Assembly (NCBI GenBank): GCA_963633515.1
Contig: CAVGZQ010000001.1
Location: 1 to 54,255 of the forward strand
Direction: 5' to 3'
Length of the DNA stretch: 54,255 nt
DNA from: Bacteroidaceae bacterium
GTDB taxonomy: Bacteria; Myxococcota_A; Bradymonadia; UBA4248
This document shows, piece after piece, positions 1 through 8,944 of this stretch. Below the pieces are notes generated by a model that searched no databases, had not been told where the DNA came from, and was given only the letters and a program-made list of their open reading frames with translations. Each line of letters starts with the position of its first letter. Positions within the stretch are counted from its first letter, which is position 1. The position numbers and the translations under genes were made by a program.

Positions 1-1
1 C

Positions 2-691
2 GCATGCATTGCGCAGGGCGAATCGAAATCTTACGAAGTCGGCGCCGCTTGCGATGCAGCGGAGTTTTCCGAATTCTGCGACGGCAGCGCTGCCGTCATT
101 TGCGATGCCGGCAACGTTGTCGCCGCGACAGACTGCGCGCTTGCGGCGGGAATGCGCTGCGCGGCGTTGCCCAACTTTTACGGCGCCGGAATCGATCGCG
201 CCGGGTGTTACGGCGACGATGCCAAATGCGATATCGGCAATGAACGTCAGGTTTGCATCGACTACGAAAATATATCGATTTCCGGACGCCAGATTTGTTT
301 TCGTTCGCGAAACGGCGAATTTTATTACGATTGGGACATTGCCGCAGCGGCAGTTTGCCGAAATGCCGCCGGTCTCGTCGCTTCGTGCGCCGATGCCTAT
401 CGCTGCGGCGTAATTCCCATCGTCAAAACGTGCGAAACTCAAGAAGCTTTGTGCAGCGCCGACCTCGGTTACGCCGGATGCGCCGAACTCCCCGATATGG
501 GCGCGGTGTGTTATGCGGCGGCGTGCGGCGCGGATGATGTTTCTGCGGCTGTTTGCGCGAGTTTTTCGCAAAATGGGAAAACGGCCGCTTACGCGCAAAA
601 ATGCCTGAAAACGGCCGACGGCCGATATGTGCGCGTCGATGTCCGTCAATGCGAAACGCAATGCGACGAACAAACGGGAATGTGCATTTAA
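2..691 (+). CDS. Cys-rich secreted protein, C-terminal part (5' end outside window)
   Basis: Frame 2 is open from nt 2 to TAA 689-691 (my translation ACIAQGESKSYEVGAACDAAEF...QCETQCDEQTGMCI). It has 23 Cys in 229 aa, the same Cys-rich style as the two downstream lipoproteins. Track ORF 152..691 is only the Met-delimited tail. Confidence 0.55.
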   Translation, partial: ACIAQGESKSYEVGAACDAAEFSEFCDGSAAVICDAGNVVAATDCALAAGMRCAALPNFYGAGIDRAGCYGDDAKCDIGNERQVCIDYENISISGRQICFRSRNGEFYYDWDIAAAAVCRNAAGLVASCADAYRCGVIPIVKTCETQEALCSADLGYAGCAELPDMGAVCYAAACGADDVSAAVCASFSQNGKTAAYAQKCLKTADGRYVRVDVRQCETQCDEQTGMCI

Positions 692-1102
692 GACGAAATT
701 AAAAATAAGAACGCAAATATCATTCGCAATTGCTTGATATTGCTGAATTTAACGCGGAAATCGCCCGCTTGCGGCAAATGGATCGGGCGATTGCCGACGG
801 TTTCGGTCGCTTTTTATCGAGAGAGTCGGATTTAATGGATCGATCGGGGCGAAAAGTTGACTTAAATGCAACGCCGATCGCTTGCATTGCCGATAATTCC
901 GATGTCTTCGTCGGATTTTGAATTTTTTTTCTTTTGCGGCGTCTGTGTCTTTTTCGGCATTTAAAAACGAAACTTTCCCTCGGCGATTACGCTTGCCGTC
1001 CGATCGGCGGATGCGCGATATTCGAAAAAAGAACGAAAAATGATGCATGCCGAGGGATCGGGCGCATTCTGCATCAAAACGCGGCATGCGGCGAAAAATG
1101 TC

Positions 1103-1252
1103 GGCTATTTCGCCCTTTCGGGCTCAATACGCTGCCGCAGGCTTCGGCTATTTCGCCCTTTCGGGCTCAATACGCCTTCGCTGCCTGCCTATTTGCGTTG
1201 CAAATACGGCAGGCTCGCCGCGCTATTGCCCCTGCGGGGCAATACGCGCGGC
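1103..1252. repeat. REP/BIME-like cluster of 4 GC hairpins (CTAT...ATAC orientation)
   Basis: ggCTATttcgccc-tttc-gggctcaATACgc occurs twice, followed by cctgcCTATttgc-gtt-gcaaATACggcagg and gcgCTATtgcccc-tgc-ggggcaATACgcgc. Intergenic. Confidence 0.75.
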
Positions 1253-1424
1253 TTTTGTTTCGTCTGACGGCGCCGCGCAAATTCTGCCGAAAAAGCGAAT
1301 TTTATATGGAATTGACGGCTGTTTTTTTTCTACACTGCAAAGCCGGTTGTTTTTTGGGGGAGCCAAAAAATACCGCGCATAACTTCGTTTGCGGCGATAT
1401 ACATTTGAATATACGGATTTTTCG

Positions 1425-3371
1425 ATGAAAAACACGGCTTTATTGATTTTGTCTTTGGCGTTTGTGTGCGCCGGGGCGGTTTCGTGCGGCGGCGATAACG
1501 GCGATGGCAACCGCATCGATTCGGCATGCTTTGCCGATGTTTGCGCAGACGACGGCAAAACGCTCGTCAAATGCGATGCGCAAACGCGCCGGGCTCGGCT
1601 CGTTTATTGCCAAAACGGCTGCGAAAACGGCGCTTGCATCGGCGATGCTGCCGTCAAATGCGATCAAAGCGTTTGCCTCGATGCGCAAACGCTCAACGTT
1701 TGCGACGCCGAAACCGGCGAGCTGTCGGCAAAAACATGCCCCGAAGGCTGCGAAAACGGCGCTTGCAAAGAAACAAATCTTAACAAATGCGCGCAAAGCA
1801 CGTGCCTTGATGCGCAAACCCTCAATGTCTGCGATGCGAAAACCGGCGTCTTGACGCCCCAAACTTGTCTTAAAGGCTGCGAAAACGGCGCCTGCAAAGA
1901 AACGGCTGCCGTCAAATGCACGCAAAACAAGTGTCTCGATGCGCAAACGCTCAACGTTTGCGATGCGCAAACGGGGACATTTTCTCCGATCGGCTGCCCT
2001 TATGGGTGCGAAAATGGCGCATGTCTCGCTGCGCAAGCGAAGTATTGCACGCAAAACGCCGATTGCGCCGACGAACCCGGCAGCGCATGCGTCGCCAACC
2101 GATGCGTCGCATCTCCCGAAAATCCCGCCGATGCCCTCATCGGCACGGCGTGCGGCAGCGATTTCGAAGGGTTTTGCGACGATCAAAACAACGCAGCCGT
2201 CTATTGCTCGGCAAAAGGCTTTGTCAGACGGACGGCGTGCGCCGACGGAAAAATTTGCCTCGTTTCAAAAACGTCGGCGATCGCCGATTGCTACGAAAGC
2301 GATATTTCGAAAGATGCTTCATCGTGCAATGCCGTCGGCGCGCAATCCGACATCTGCGACGATATGGATTATGCATCGGCGGCGTATGTCACAAAAAGAC
2401 AGTGCGAAGAACTGAGCGACGGAACGAAACGGTATGTCCGATCCGGTTTGCAAAGGTGCGCTTACGCATGCAACGAACTTAACACGGCGTGCGCCGCCGT
2501 TTCCGACGACGGTAAAACGTGTTCGGCCGATGCCGTCGCCTATTGCAAGAATCGCGGCGAGCCGAATTGCGCCGTTTATAAAGAAGGCGTCGTTTGTTAT
2601 GCCGACGCCGACGCATGCGGCGAAACGGGCAAAAAGGCATCGTATTGCGCCCAAAGTTATGGCGGCGAGCCGATGTCTGTCCAAACTTTATGCGTTTTGG
2701 CCGCCGACGGCGTTACGAAGTTAAGCCTCGAAACCGGCCGCGACTATTGCGCGCTGTCGTGCGACAGCGCGACCAATCGATGCGCCGCCGTCTCCGACGA
2801 CGGAAAAACATGCAACGCCGCGGCAACGCAATACTGCGCCCGGCTCTATGACGGCTGCGCCGTCGTCGGGGGACAAATGCAATGTTATTTTGACGGCGAC
2901 AAATGCGGCGAAGAAGGCGCGGAGACGGTGTCTTGCGACGATTTCGAAGCCGACGCCGATATTTACGTATCGGTAACGCAAACATGCATGACGGCCGACG
3001 ACGGCACGACAATGATTAACGTCGATACCGGCTATGAATACTGCGACACGATGTGCAGCAGCATCTCGGGCGAATGTCTGGCAGCCGCCGCGGACGGCGG
3101 CGAATGCTCCGAAGGGCATTCGGCGCTTTGCGCCAAACATGGCCATGCCGGGTGCGCGCTTATCGGCGGAGACCCCGTCTGTTATGACGGCGATTGCGAA
3201 AACGAAGGCGAAATTTCGGTTCTATGCGCCGAAGGCGCCGATAAAACTGCCCAAACGACGACGAAGGCTTGCGCAAAAACCGATAAAAACGCGCTCGTAA
3301 CCATCTCGGCAACGCAAAATTGCGCAAACGGGTGCAACGACGGCAAGACGGCTTGCAAAGACGAAATCTGA
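1425..3371 (+). CDS. Cys-rich repeat lipoprotein (4 x ~43-aa modules, then 3 x ~97-aa modules)
   Basis: Internal Met gives MKNTALLILSLAFVCAGAVSCGG (signal peptide plus lipobox AVSC). Repeated C..CLDAQTLNVCDA.TG.....C..GCENGAC modules have a 129-bp DNA period (1675/1804/1933). CAAVSDDGKTC modules recur at 2490 and 2781 (291 bp apart). Confidence 0.8.
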   Translation: MKNTALLILSLAFVCAGAVSCGGDNGDGNRIDSACFADVCADDGKTLVKCDAQTRRARLVYCQNGCENGACIGDAAVKCDQSVCLDAQTLNVCDAETGELSAKTCPEGCENGACKETNLNKCAQSTCLDAQTLNVCDAKTGVLTPQTCLKGCENGACKETAAVKCTQNKCLDAQTLNVCDAQTGTFSPIGCPYGCENGACLAAQAKYCTQNADCADEPGSACVANRCVASPENPADALIGTACGSDFEGFCDDQNNAAVYCSAKGFVRRTACADGKICLVSKTSAIADCYESDISKDASSCNAVGAQSDICDDMDYASAAYVTKRQCEELSDGTKRYVRSGLQRCAYACNELNTACAAVSDDGKTCSADAVAYCKNRGEPNCAVYKEGVVCYADADACGETGKKASYCAQSYGGEPMSVQTLCVLAADGVTKLSLETGRDYCALSCDSATNRCAAVSDDGKTCNAAATQYCARLYDGCAVVGGQMQCYFDGDKCGEEGAETVSCDDFEADADIYVSVTQTCMTADDGTTMINVDTGYEYCDTMCSSISGECLAAAADGGECSEGHSALCAKHGHAGCALIGGDPVCYDGDCENEGEISVLCAEGADKTAQTTTKACAKTDKNALVTISATQNCANGCNDGKTACKDEI

Positions 3372-3456
3372 ACATCGAAACATATCGTTTGCGCAGATAA
3401 ACCGTCAAACAAGCGGAAATATCGCCGAACAATCGTTATGAACATCGAAACAATAA

Positions 3457-3489
3457 GATCGCGGGCGTGAAATCCTGCGGTCTTTTTTT
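3457..3489 (+). terminator. Candidate rho-independent terminator
   Basis: gatcgcggg-cgtgaaat-cctgcggtc forms a 9-bp stem if two G.U pairs are allowed, followed by T7. It lies 86 nt after the stop at 3371. Confidence 0.5.
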
Positions 3490-3764
3490 GTATTTTTTGC
3501 GGCAATCCGAATGATTCTTTGCATCGGATGCGGTGACAGTCCGACGGCATTGCGGTTTGTTTTGTGCGGCGCGAATTCAGATTGTTTCAATTCATGCAAA
3601 TCGTTTCGTGCAATAAAATTTAAAAATATATTGGAATTTTGTATTTTTTTTACTAAATGCGGCGGCGGCGTCGGTTTGCAGGAATAATCTGCAACGATGC
3701 CCGATGGGATTGCGTGCCGCGCATAAACGCAAACCGAAGAACTTTTATACAGGTGAGGACACTT

Positions 3765-4709
3765 ATGAAGAAATGGCAAATTTTGCTCGCGATTGCTGCA
3801 ATGGGATTGACATTCGCCGCCTGCGGCGATGACGATGATGCAACCGACAAAGACAACTCCAAAAGCGATGTCGTCGACGGCGGCGGCACAACCGACGGCG
3901 GCACAACCGACGGCGGCACAACCGACGGCGGCACAACCGACGGCGGCGAAGACGAATCGTGCAATCCCGAGACGTTTACAGAAAAATGCGACGGCAATGT
4001 TGCCGTTTGGTGCGAGGGGACGTCTGATACGGACGAAACAAAAGGCGCCGTCGCAAGATCCGATTGCGGCAGCTACGTCTGCGATGTCAGCACATCCGAA
4101 AACTATGCCTATTGCTTTGACAAAGACGAATCCTGCACGGCGGGCGCAACGGGCACGATCTGCTATGATGACAGCGATTACGGTATTTCCTATACCTATC
4201 CGTCCGTATGCGTTAAGTTTGACAGCGGCAAAGGACGTTGGTTGGATAATGCTCAAACGGAGGACGATTACACCGTCTGCGAGTCGACTCAGCTGTGCAA
4301 CGCCGAAGGAAACGCATGCGTCACGGCAAAAGAGTTTACGGCGACGTCTTGCACCGCTTCATCGGCCAAAGACAAATGCGAAAGCGGCAAGCTCGTTTCG
4401 TGCGATTATAACGACGACGACGAAACTGTTCTTGTCAAAACCGATTGTTCCAAAATTGGGCTGACCTGCGCCGAAGTTGCCGGTCAAGACCTTGCAAGCT
4501 GCGTTTCCGACGAGAGCTCATGCACAGCCGGCAAAAAAGAAACCGGCTGTGCCGATGATTACTTGTTGTCGTTTGAGTATACGGCAGAATGCGTCAAATG
4601 GTCGAACAACGCTTATCACGGCGTTGTGACGTCGTACGCGTATTGTGTCGAAGCATGCAATGATGCCGGCACGTCTTGCGACGCAAATGGCACGAAAGAC
4701 AGCGAATAA
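3765..4709 (+). CDS. Cys-rich lipoprotein with GGTTD tandem repeats
   Basis: GGTGAGGA Shine-Dalgarno then ATG 3765. MKKWQILLAIAAMGLTFAACGDDDD (lipobox FAAC). GGTTD x4 is encoded by a 15-bp tandem repeat at about 3880-3947. The Cys-rich body resembles 1425..3371. Confidence 0.8.
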   Translation: MKKWQILLAIAAMGLTFAACGDDDDATDKDNSKSDVVDGGGTTDGGTTDGGTTDGGTTDGGEDESCNPETFTEKCDGNVAVWCEGTSDTDETKGAVARSDCGSYVCDVSTSENYAYCFDKDESCTAGATGTICYDDSDYGISYTYPSVCVKFDSGKGRWLDNAQTEDDYTVCESTQLCNAEGNACVTAKEFTATSCTASSAKDKCESGKLVSCDYNDDDETVLVKTDCSKIGLTCAEVAGQDLASCVSDESSCTAGKKETGCADDYLLSFEYTAECVKWSNNAYHGVVTSYAYCVEACNDAGTSCDANGTKDSE

Positions 4710-4737
4710 TCGTCAATTGAGATTATGGAGAATTTAA

Positions 4738-4767
4738 GCGGCATCCTCGGCGGATGCCGCTTTTTTT
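4738..4767 (+). terminator. Rho-independent terminator
   Basis: gcggcatcc-tcggc-ggatgccgc perfect 9-bp stem followed by T7, 29 nt after the stop at 4709. Confidence 0.8.
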
Positions 4768-4894
4768 GCATGCGGATCGCGCTTTAAATACGCCGATTTT
4801 CAATTGAAATCCGTCTGTTCCTGCTCTAAATTGGATAGAACGACCTGATGAAGGTCATTCCGAATTGACAATTTCAATGCACGAGGAGGAGCAT

Positions 4895-6016
4895 ATGAAT
4901 CCCATTACCGAAGCATTCTTGCACGATATTCCCAAGACCGATCTTCACGTTCATCTCGACGGGTCGTTGCGCATCGAATCGCTCATTGAGCTCGCTCGGG
5001 AACGCAAAATACCGCTCCCGGCCGACGATCCCGAACGGCTCAAGCAAATCCTCAATATCGGCGGCATTCACGAAAACCTCGAGAGCTATCTGCGCGTCTT
5101 CGATACTACGCTCAAAGTGCTCCAAGACGAAGATGCGCTTACGCGCGCGGCTTTCGAACTCGCCGAAGACGCGGCGCGCGAGAATTGCCGCTATATCGAA
5201 GTCCGCTACAGTCCCATTCTGCATCAGCGCGAGGGCTTGTCGCTGCCCGTCATCGTCGAATCGGTCGCGGCGGGCTTGCGCGAAGCGAAAAAGAAATACG
5301 GCATCATGAGCGGGCAAATTATCTGCGCCATGCGCCATATGTCGCCGCAAAGCTCGCTGCGCTTGGCCGAATTGGCCGTTGCGTTCAAGAATAAAGGCGT
5401 CGTGGGGTTCGATTTGGCCGGCGGCGAAGTCAACAATCCGGCCGAAAAACATGCCGAAGCGTTTGCGTTTATCCGAAAAAACAATCTCAACTCGACGGTT
5501 CACGCAGGCGAGGCTTACGGGGCGAGATCGATTCATCAGGCTATCCACGACTGCAATGCGCATCGCATCGGACACGGCACGCGGCTGCGCGAAAACGGCG
5601 ATTTGCTCAATTATATCAACGATCACCGCATCCCGCTCGAGATTTGCCTAAAGAGCAATGTTCAAACCGCCGCCGTCGATGCCATCGAAAACCATCCGCT
5701 CAAATTTTACATGGATTTTGGGTTGCGTTGCACGCTCAATACCGACAACCGCCTCGTCACCGACACGACCATGACCGACGAATTCAAACTCGCCTGCCAA
5801 GTCTTTCATCTTACCTACGACGAGGTCAAACGGCTCGTCGTCGACGGCTTTAAATCGGCGTTTATGCCGTTCCGGAAAAAACGCGAAGTCATGCGGATCG
5901 TTCTCGACGAATTCGATGCGGTGTCGAAAAAACACGGGCTTCAGAGCGAAGTCGAATCGAAAGGCATTTCGCGCTATGCCATCGATCGCATCGGCGAAGA
6001 TCCCATGCCCGACTAA
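4895..6016 (+). CDS. add: Adenosine deaminase
   Basis: GAGGAGGAG SD before ATG 4895. Motifs DLHVHLDGSLR, HAGE and CTLNTDNRLV are typical of the adenosine deaminase metal site. The track ORF starts earlier, at TTG 4865. Confidence 0.9.
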   Translation: MNPITEAFLHDIPKTDLHVHLDGSLRIESLIELARERKIPLPADDPERLKQILNIGGIHENLESYLRVFDTTLKVLQDEDALTRAAFELAEDAARENCRYIEVRYSPILHQREGLSLPVIVESVAAGLREAKKKYGIMSGQIICAMRHMSPQSSLRLAELAVAFKNKGVVGFDLAGGEVNNPAEKHAEAFAFIRKNNLNSTVHAGEAYGARSIHQAIHDCNAHRIGHGTRLRENGDLLNYINDHRIPLEICLKSNVQTAAVDAIENHPLKFYMDFGLRCTLNTDNRLVTDTTMTDEFKLACQVFHLTYDEVKRLVVDGFKSAFMPFRKKREVMRIVLDEFDAVSKKHGLQSEVESKGISRYAIDRIGEDPMPD

Positions 6017-8313
6017 TTGCCCGGCATTCCCGTCAGGTTCCGGGCGGCTTGCAGCGATTTTTGGCTGTCGAGCCCCTGCAAATCTATTCCGATTATCGCA
6101 ATATCGCTGCCGTCGGGCGACTTTTCGCGCGCAATAATCGTCGTGTCGGCCATTCGGGCGACCGATTGCGCGCCGTTCCAAACCGCAACCGACGACGGCC
6201 GCGACGACCCCGTTCCGACGGCTTTTCTCAGCCGGAAGTTGTCTTTGCGAACGCCGAAGCGGCGGTCTTTTGTTACAATCGGTTCGCCGTAACAGCCGAA
6301 TACTTTGCCATGATGCGGATCGCACCGATCTTGCGTCTGCGCGCTTTGATGCGCGTCGACGGCATTGACGATGACGGGGATTTTTGCATCCAAGGCCGCT
6401 TTGTAGGCATCGGCGTTCCATGCCATTTTCCCCGCGCACGAAACCGTATGAAAGATTGCTTCCCGGGCGTCGCCGATCGACTCCGACGATGTAAACACGC
6501 CCTGCGATGCGCCGACAAACGATGATAACGGGATTTCGTGCGCAAAGATATGCGACGCCGGGCGCATGGCTTCGTCCGATCGGCACGTTGCCGTTTCGAC
6601 GATTGCCGCCGATTTCGCGCCCGGCCGATAGCTGAAAATAAGCGACGGCGCGCTTTCCGACCCGTCGGGCAAAACCGCGCTCACGCGCAAATGGCGCGCG
6701 CTGTCGGGCATAATCAGAACCGTGTCTTTTGTTTCGGCCAAAACCGGCCACCGATTGCCGTCGCTGCTGCCGCGGACGCGATAGCCGGCCGCTTTGGGAA
6801 CGGCTTTCCAGCGCGCGGCGACGCGGCCGTCGTTTTCTTTGCGATAAGAAACGAATTCGGGCGCGGCGACTTTCGATGTTCCCCTGAAATTGCCCAAAAA
6901 CGGCGTCAGCATGCGGTCGATCGCCTGGCGCGTCAGTTTCCGGTTGCGGCTCCCGTTGACGATGATCGAAAACGCATACGTATGCCCGTCGTAGCGGTTG
7001 ACAAAAAAACCCGACCCCGAAATGACGTCGCGCAAAGTCCCCGATTTCGCATAAACGCGGCCTTTGCCGTCGTCGGTTGCGAGCCTGCCGCCATACGTTC
7101 CGTCATAGCCCGAGACCGAAAGCGATGAAGCCCACTCGCGGGCGAAATCCGATTTTTGCAAAACCCATGCGGTCAATTCGGTCAGAAATTCCGGGCTCAC
7201 CCGATTGTCGTGCGATAGCCCCGAGCCGTCGTTAAGACGCACATTTTTCGTGTTTAAGCCAATCGATTTGAGCCATGCCAATTCGGCTTTGGCTCCCGCT
7301 TCATAGGTGTTTTTGCCCGAGTTTGCGCCAATCGCAAGCAAAAGCATATCGGCATATTCGTTGTGGCTGACGCGGTTGAGCGGCACAATTGCCTGCGACA
7401 AAACCGGCGATTTCCAACCGGCCAGCGGCGTTCCTTCTTTTTTTTCGTTCTGACGGACGGCGATGCCGCCGAAAGCGATGCCGTTTTTTTTCATCAAGGC
7501 GGCAAACTGCCGCGAGACGCGTTGCAAATGCGCCGATGCCGAAAGCGTGTCGGTTGCCGTGCCGCCGTACACGACATACCCCGATACGATTAAATTGCCT
7601 CGGATTTTTTTTATTCCGGCGTCTTTGAGCTGCGAAATCATCCCGATCATCGGGGTGTCGCCCGAATTGTAAAAACGCGTCGACCACGTAAAATCGTGAT
7701 CGATGTAAAGCTGCAAATCGCCATTGACGACGCCGTCTGCGATTTTCCCCCGCGCCAAAAGCGACGATTCGAACTGCCGGTCGGGGCCCAATATGCCCAA
7801 AGCTGCCGCCGTCGTCACGAGTTTTGTGTTCGACGCAGGCTTGAGGAATTTGCCGGACTGTTTGGAATAGACGGTTTCGCCCGTATCGAGGTCGACGACG
7901 CGCATGCCTATCGTCGTTTGACGCACGGCTTTTGCGTTCATCGCGCTTTGAACCGATTGCGACAGTTTTTTCTTGACTTCTTCAGAAAGCTGCGGGGGGT
8001 TTGGAAGCGCGATGTCCGAACGCGGCAAATCGTTTTGCGCGGCGGCATCGTTGCCGTCCGAACGGCGGTTTTGCGCCGGAGCGGCCGCGCTTGCGGATCC
8101 GGATTTCTCGGCGGTTTCGGGCACAGCGTCCGAAAATCCGGGAATATTGTCGGCGCGCTGCCGCTCGATCGCGCGCAATTTGGGCGCATCTTGCGCAAAA
8201 GCCGCATGTCCGAGACCGCAGACGCCAAACAAGATCCCCAATGCCGTCAGACGGATTGATTTGATTCGATCGATTCGCACGAAAAACTGCCCATTTCCTG
8301 CGGCAAGCTGCAA
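6013..8313 (-). CDS. dacB: D-Ala-D-Ala carboxypeptidase/endopeptidase, PBP4 (S13) family, with about 300-aa C-terminal extension
   Basis: Signal-like N-terminus, SxxK motif in PASNTKL, and a KTG-like AKSGTL. Residues after about 460 (fibronectin-like AARWKAVPKAAGYRVRGSSDG, then an unknown domain) are additional. The 3' end overlaps add convergently by 4 nt. Confidence 0.75.
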   Translation of the reverse strand: MQLAAGNGQFFVRIDRIKSIRLTALGILFGVCGLGHAAFAQDAPKLRAIERQRADNIPGFSDAVPETAEKSGSASAAAPAQNRRSDGNDAAAQNDLPRSDIALPNPPQLSEEVKKKLSQSVQSAMNAKAVRQTTIGMRVVDLDTGETVYSKQSGKFLKPASNTKLVTTAAALGILGPDRQFESSLLARGKIADGVVNGDLQLYIDHDFTWSTRFYNSGDTPMIGMISQLKDAGIKKIRGNLIVSGYVVYGGTATDTLSASAHLQRVSRQFAALMKKNGIAFGGIAVRQNEKKEGTPLAGWKSPVLSQAIVPLNRVSHNEYADMLLLAIGANSGKNTYEAGAKAELAWLKSIGLNTKNVRLNDGSGLSHDNRVSPEFLTELTAWVLQKSDFAREWASSLSVSGYDGTYGGRLATDDGKGRVYAKSGTLRDVISGSGFFVNRYDGHTYAFSIIVNGSRNRKLTRQAIDRMLTPFLGNFRGTSKVAAPEFVSYRKENDGRVAARWKAVPKAAGYRVRGSSDGNRWPVLAETKDTVLIMPDSARHLRVSAVLPDGSESAPSLIFSYRPGAKSAAIVETATCRSDEAMRPASHIFAHEIPLSSFVGASQGVFTSSESIGDAREAIFHTVSCAGKMAWNADAYKAALDAKIPVIVNAVDAHQSAQTQDRCDPHHGKVFGCYGEPIVTKDRRFGVRKDNFRLRKAVGTGSSRPSSVAVWNGAQSVARMADTTIIAREKSPDGSDIAIIGIDLQGLDSQKSLQAARNLTGMPGN

Positions 8314-8415
8314 GATATAAACCGCTGCCGCCCAACCGGTTTACCCAATCGCGAGGATCGCACACGCGGCGATTTTGGCAAAAATTGCATATATCGGCAT
8401 GGCGCCGCGCAACGC

Positions 8416-8607
8416 GCCTGCCGCATTTGCTGCCCGAGCAGCAAACAGGCAGGCCGCGAAGGCGTATGCGGGCGGCCCGCCCGCATAGCCGAGCCGCGCC
8501 GCGCGTATTGCCCTTCGGGGCAATAGCGCGGCAGCGAAGGCGTATTGCGCCGAAGGCGCAATAGCCGAAGCAGGCGTTCGAATCCCCCCGGCAGGGGGGC
8601 GAACGCC
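8416..8607. repeat. REP/BIME-like cluster of 5 GC hairpins (GTAT...ATAG orientation)
   Basis: cctgccgcatttgctgc-ccga-gcagcaaacaggcagg; ggcGTATgcgggc-ggcc-gcccgcATAGcc; gcgcGTATtgccc-ttcg-gggcaATAGcgc; ggcGTATtgcgcc-gaag-gcgcaATAGcc; ggcgttcgaatcccccc-ggca-ggggggcgaacgcc. Confidence 0.75.
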
Positions 8608-8944
8608 CAAGAAAAAACAAGTACGCAAAAATTCAGCGCAGGGCTGCAAATATCGGAGTTTGCGCGTTTGCGGGCGGGCGGCGTCTGCGGAAGTCAGGCA
8701 GGCAAAAATTTGCAACGTCCGGGCAATCGTTATAGAGTCGGTTTCATGCAAATTGCCGATTTTGCCGACGGCGTGTTTGGGCATATCGCAAAAATGTGTT
8801 ACGATGCCCGATCGGCGTGTTTGCGCCGCAACCGGATTGCGGCTATTTTTGCGCGTTTGCAAGCGCGCGCCCGATAAAAAGCGATGAATTTTAACCCCGC
8901 GGCCGCCGGTAACCGGATGCGACGCAACTTAGAAAGGGTTCGAT

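Noticed and set aside
730-921. 63-aa ORF between the first two Cys-rich genes
   Set aside because: It has a TTG start and no SD, no recognisable motif, and lies in a spacer rich in repeats. There is not enough support to call it a gene.
8573-8607. tRNA-like T-loop sequence GTTCGAATCC
   Set aside because: No acceptor, D or anticodon arms can be drawn around it. The segment instead pairs as a simple hairpin (ggcgttcg...cgaacgcc with an inner C6/G6 stem) inside a REP-like cluster.
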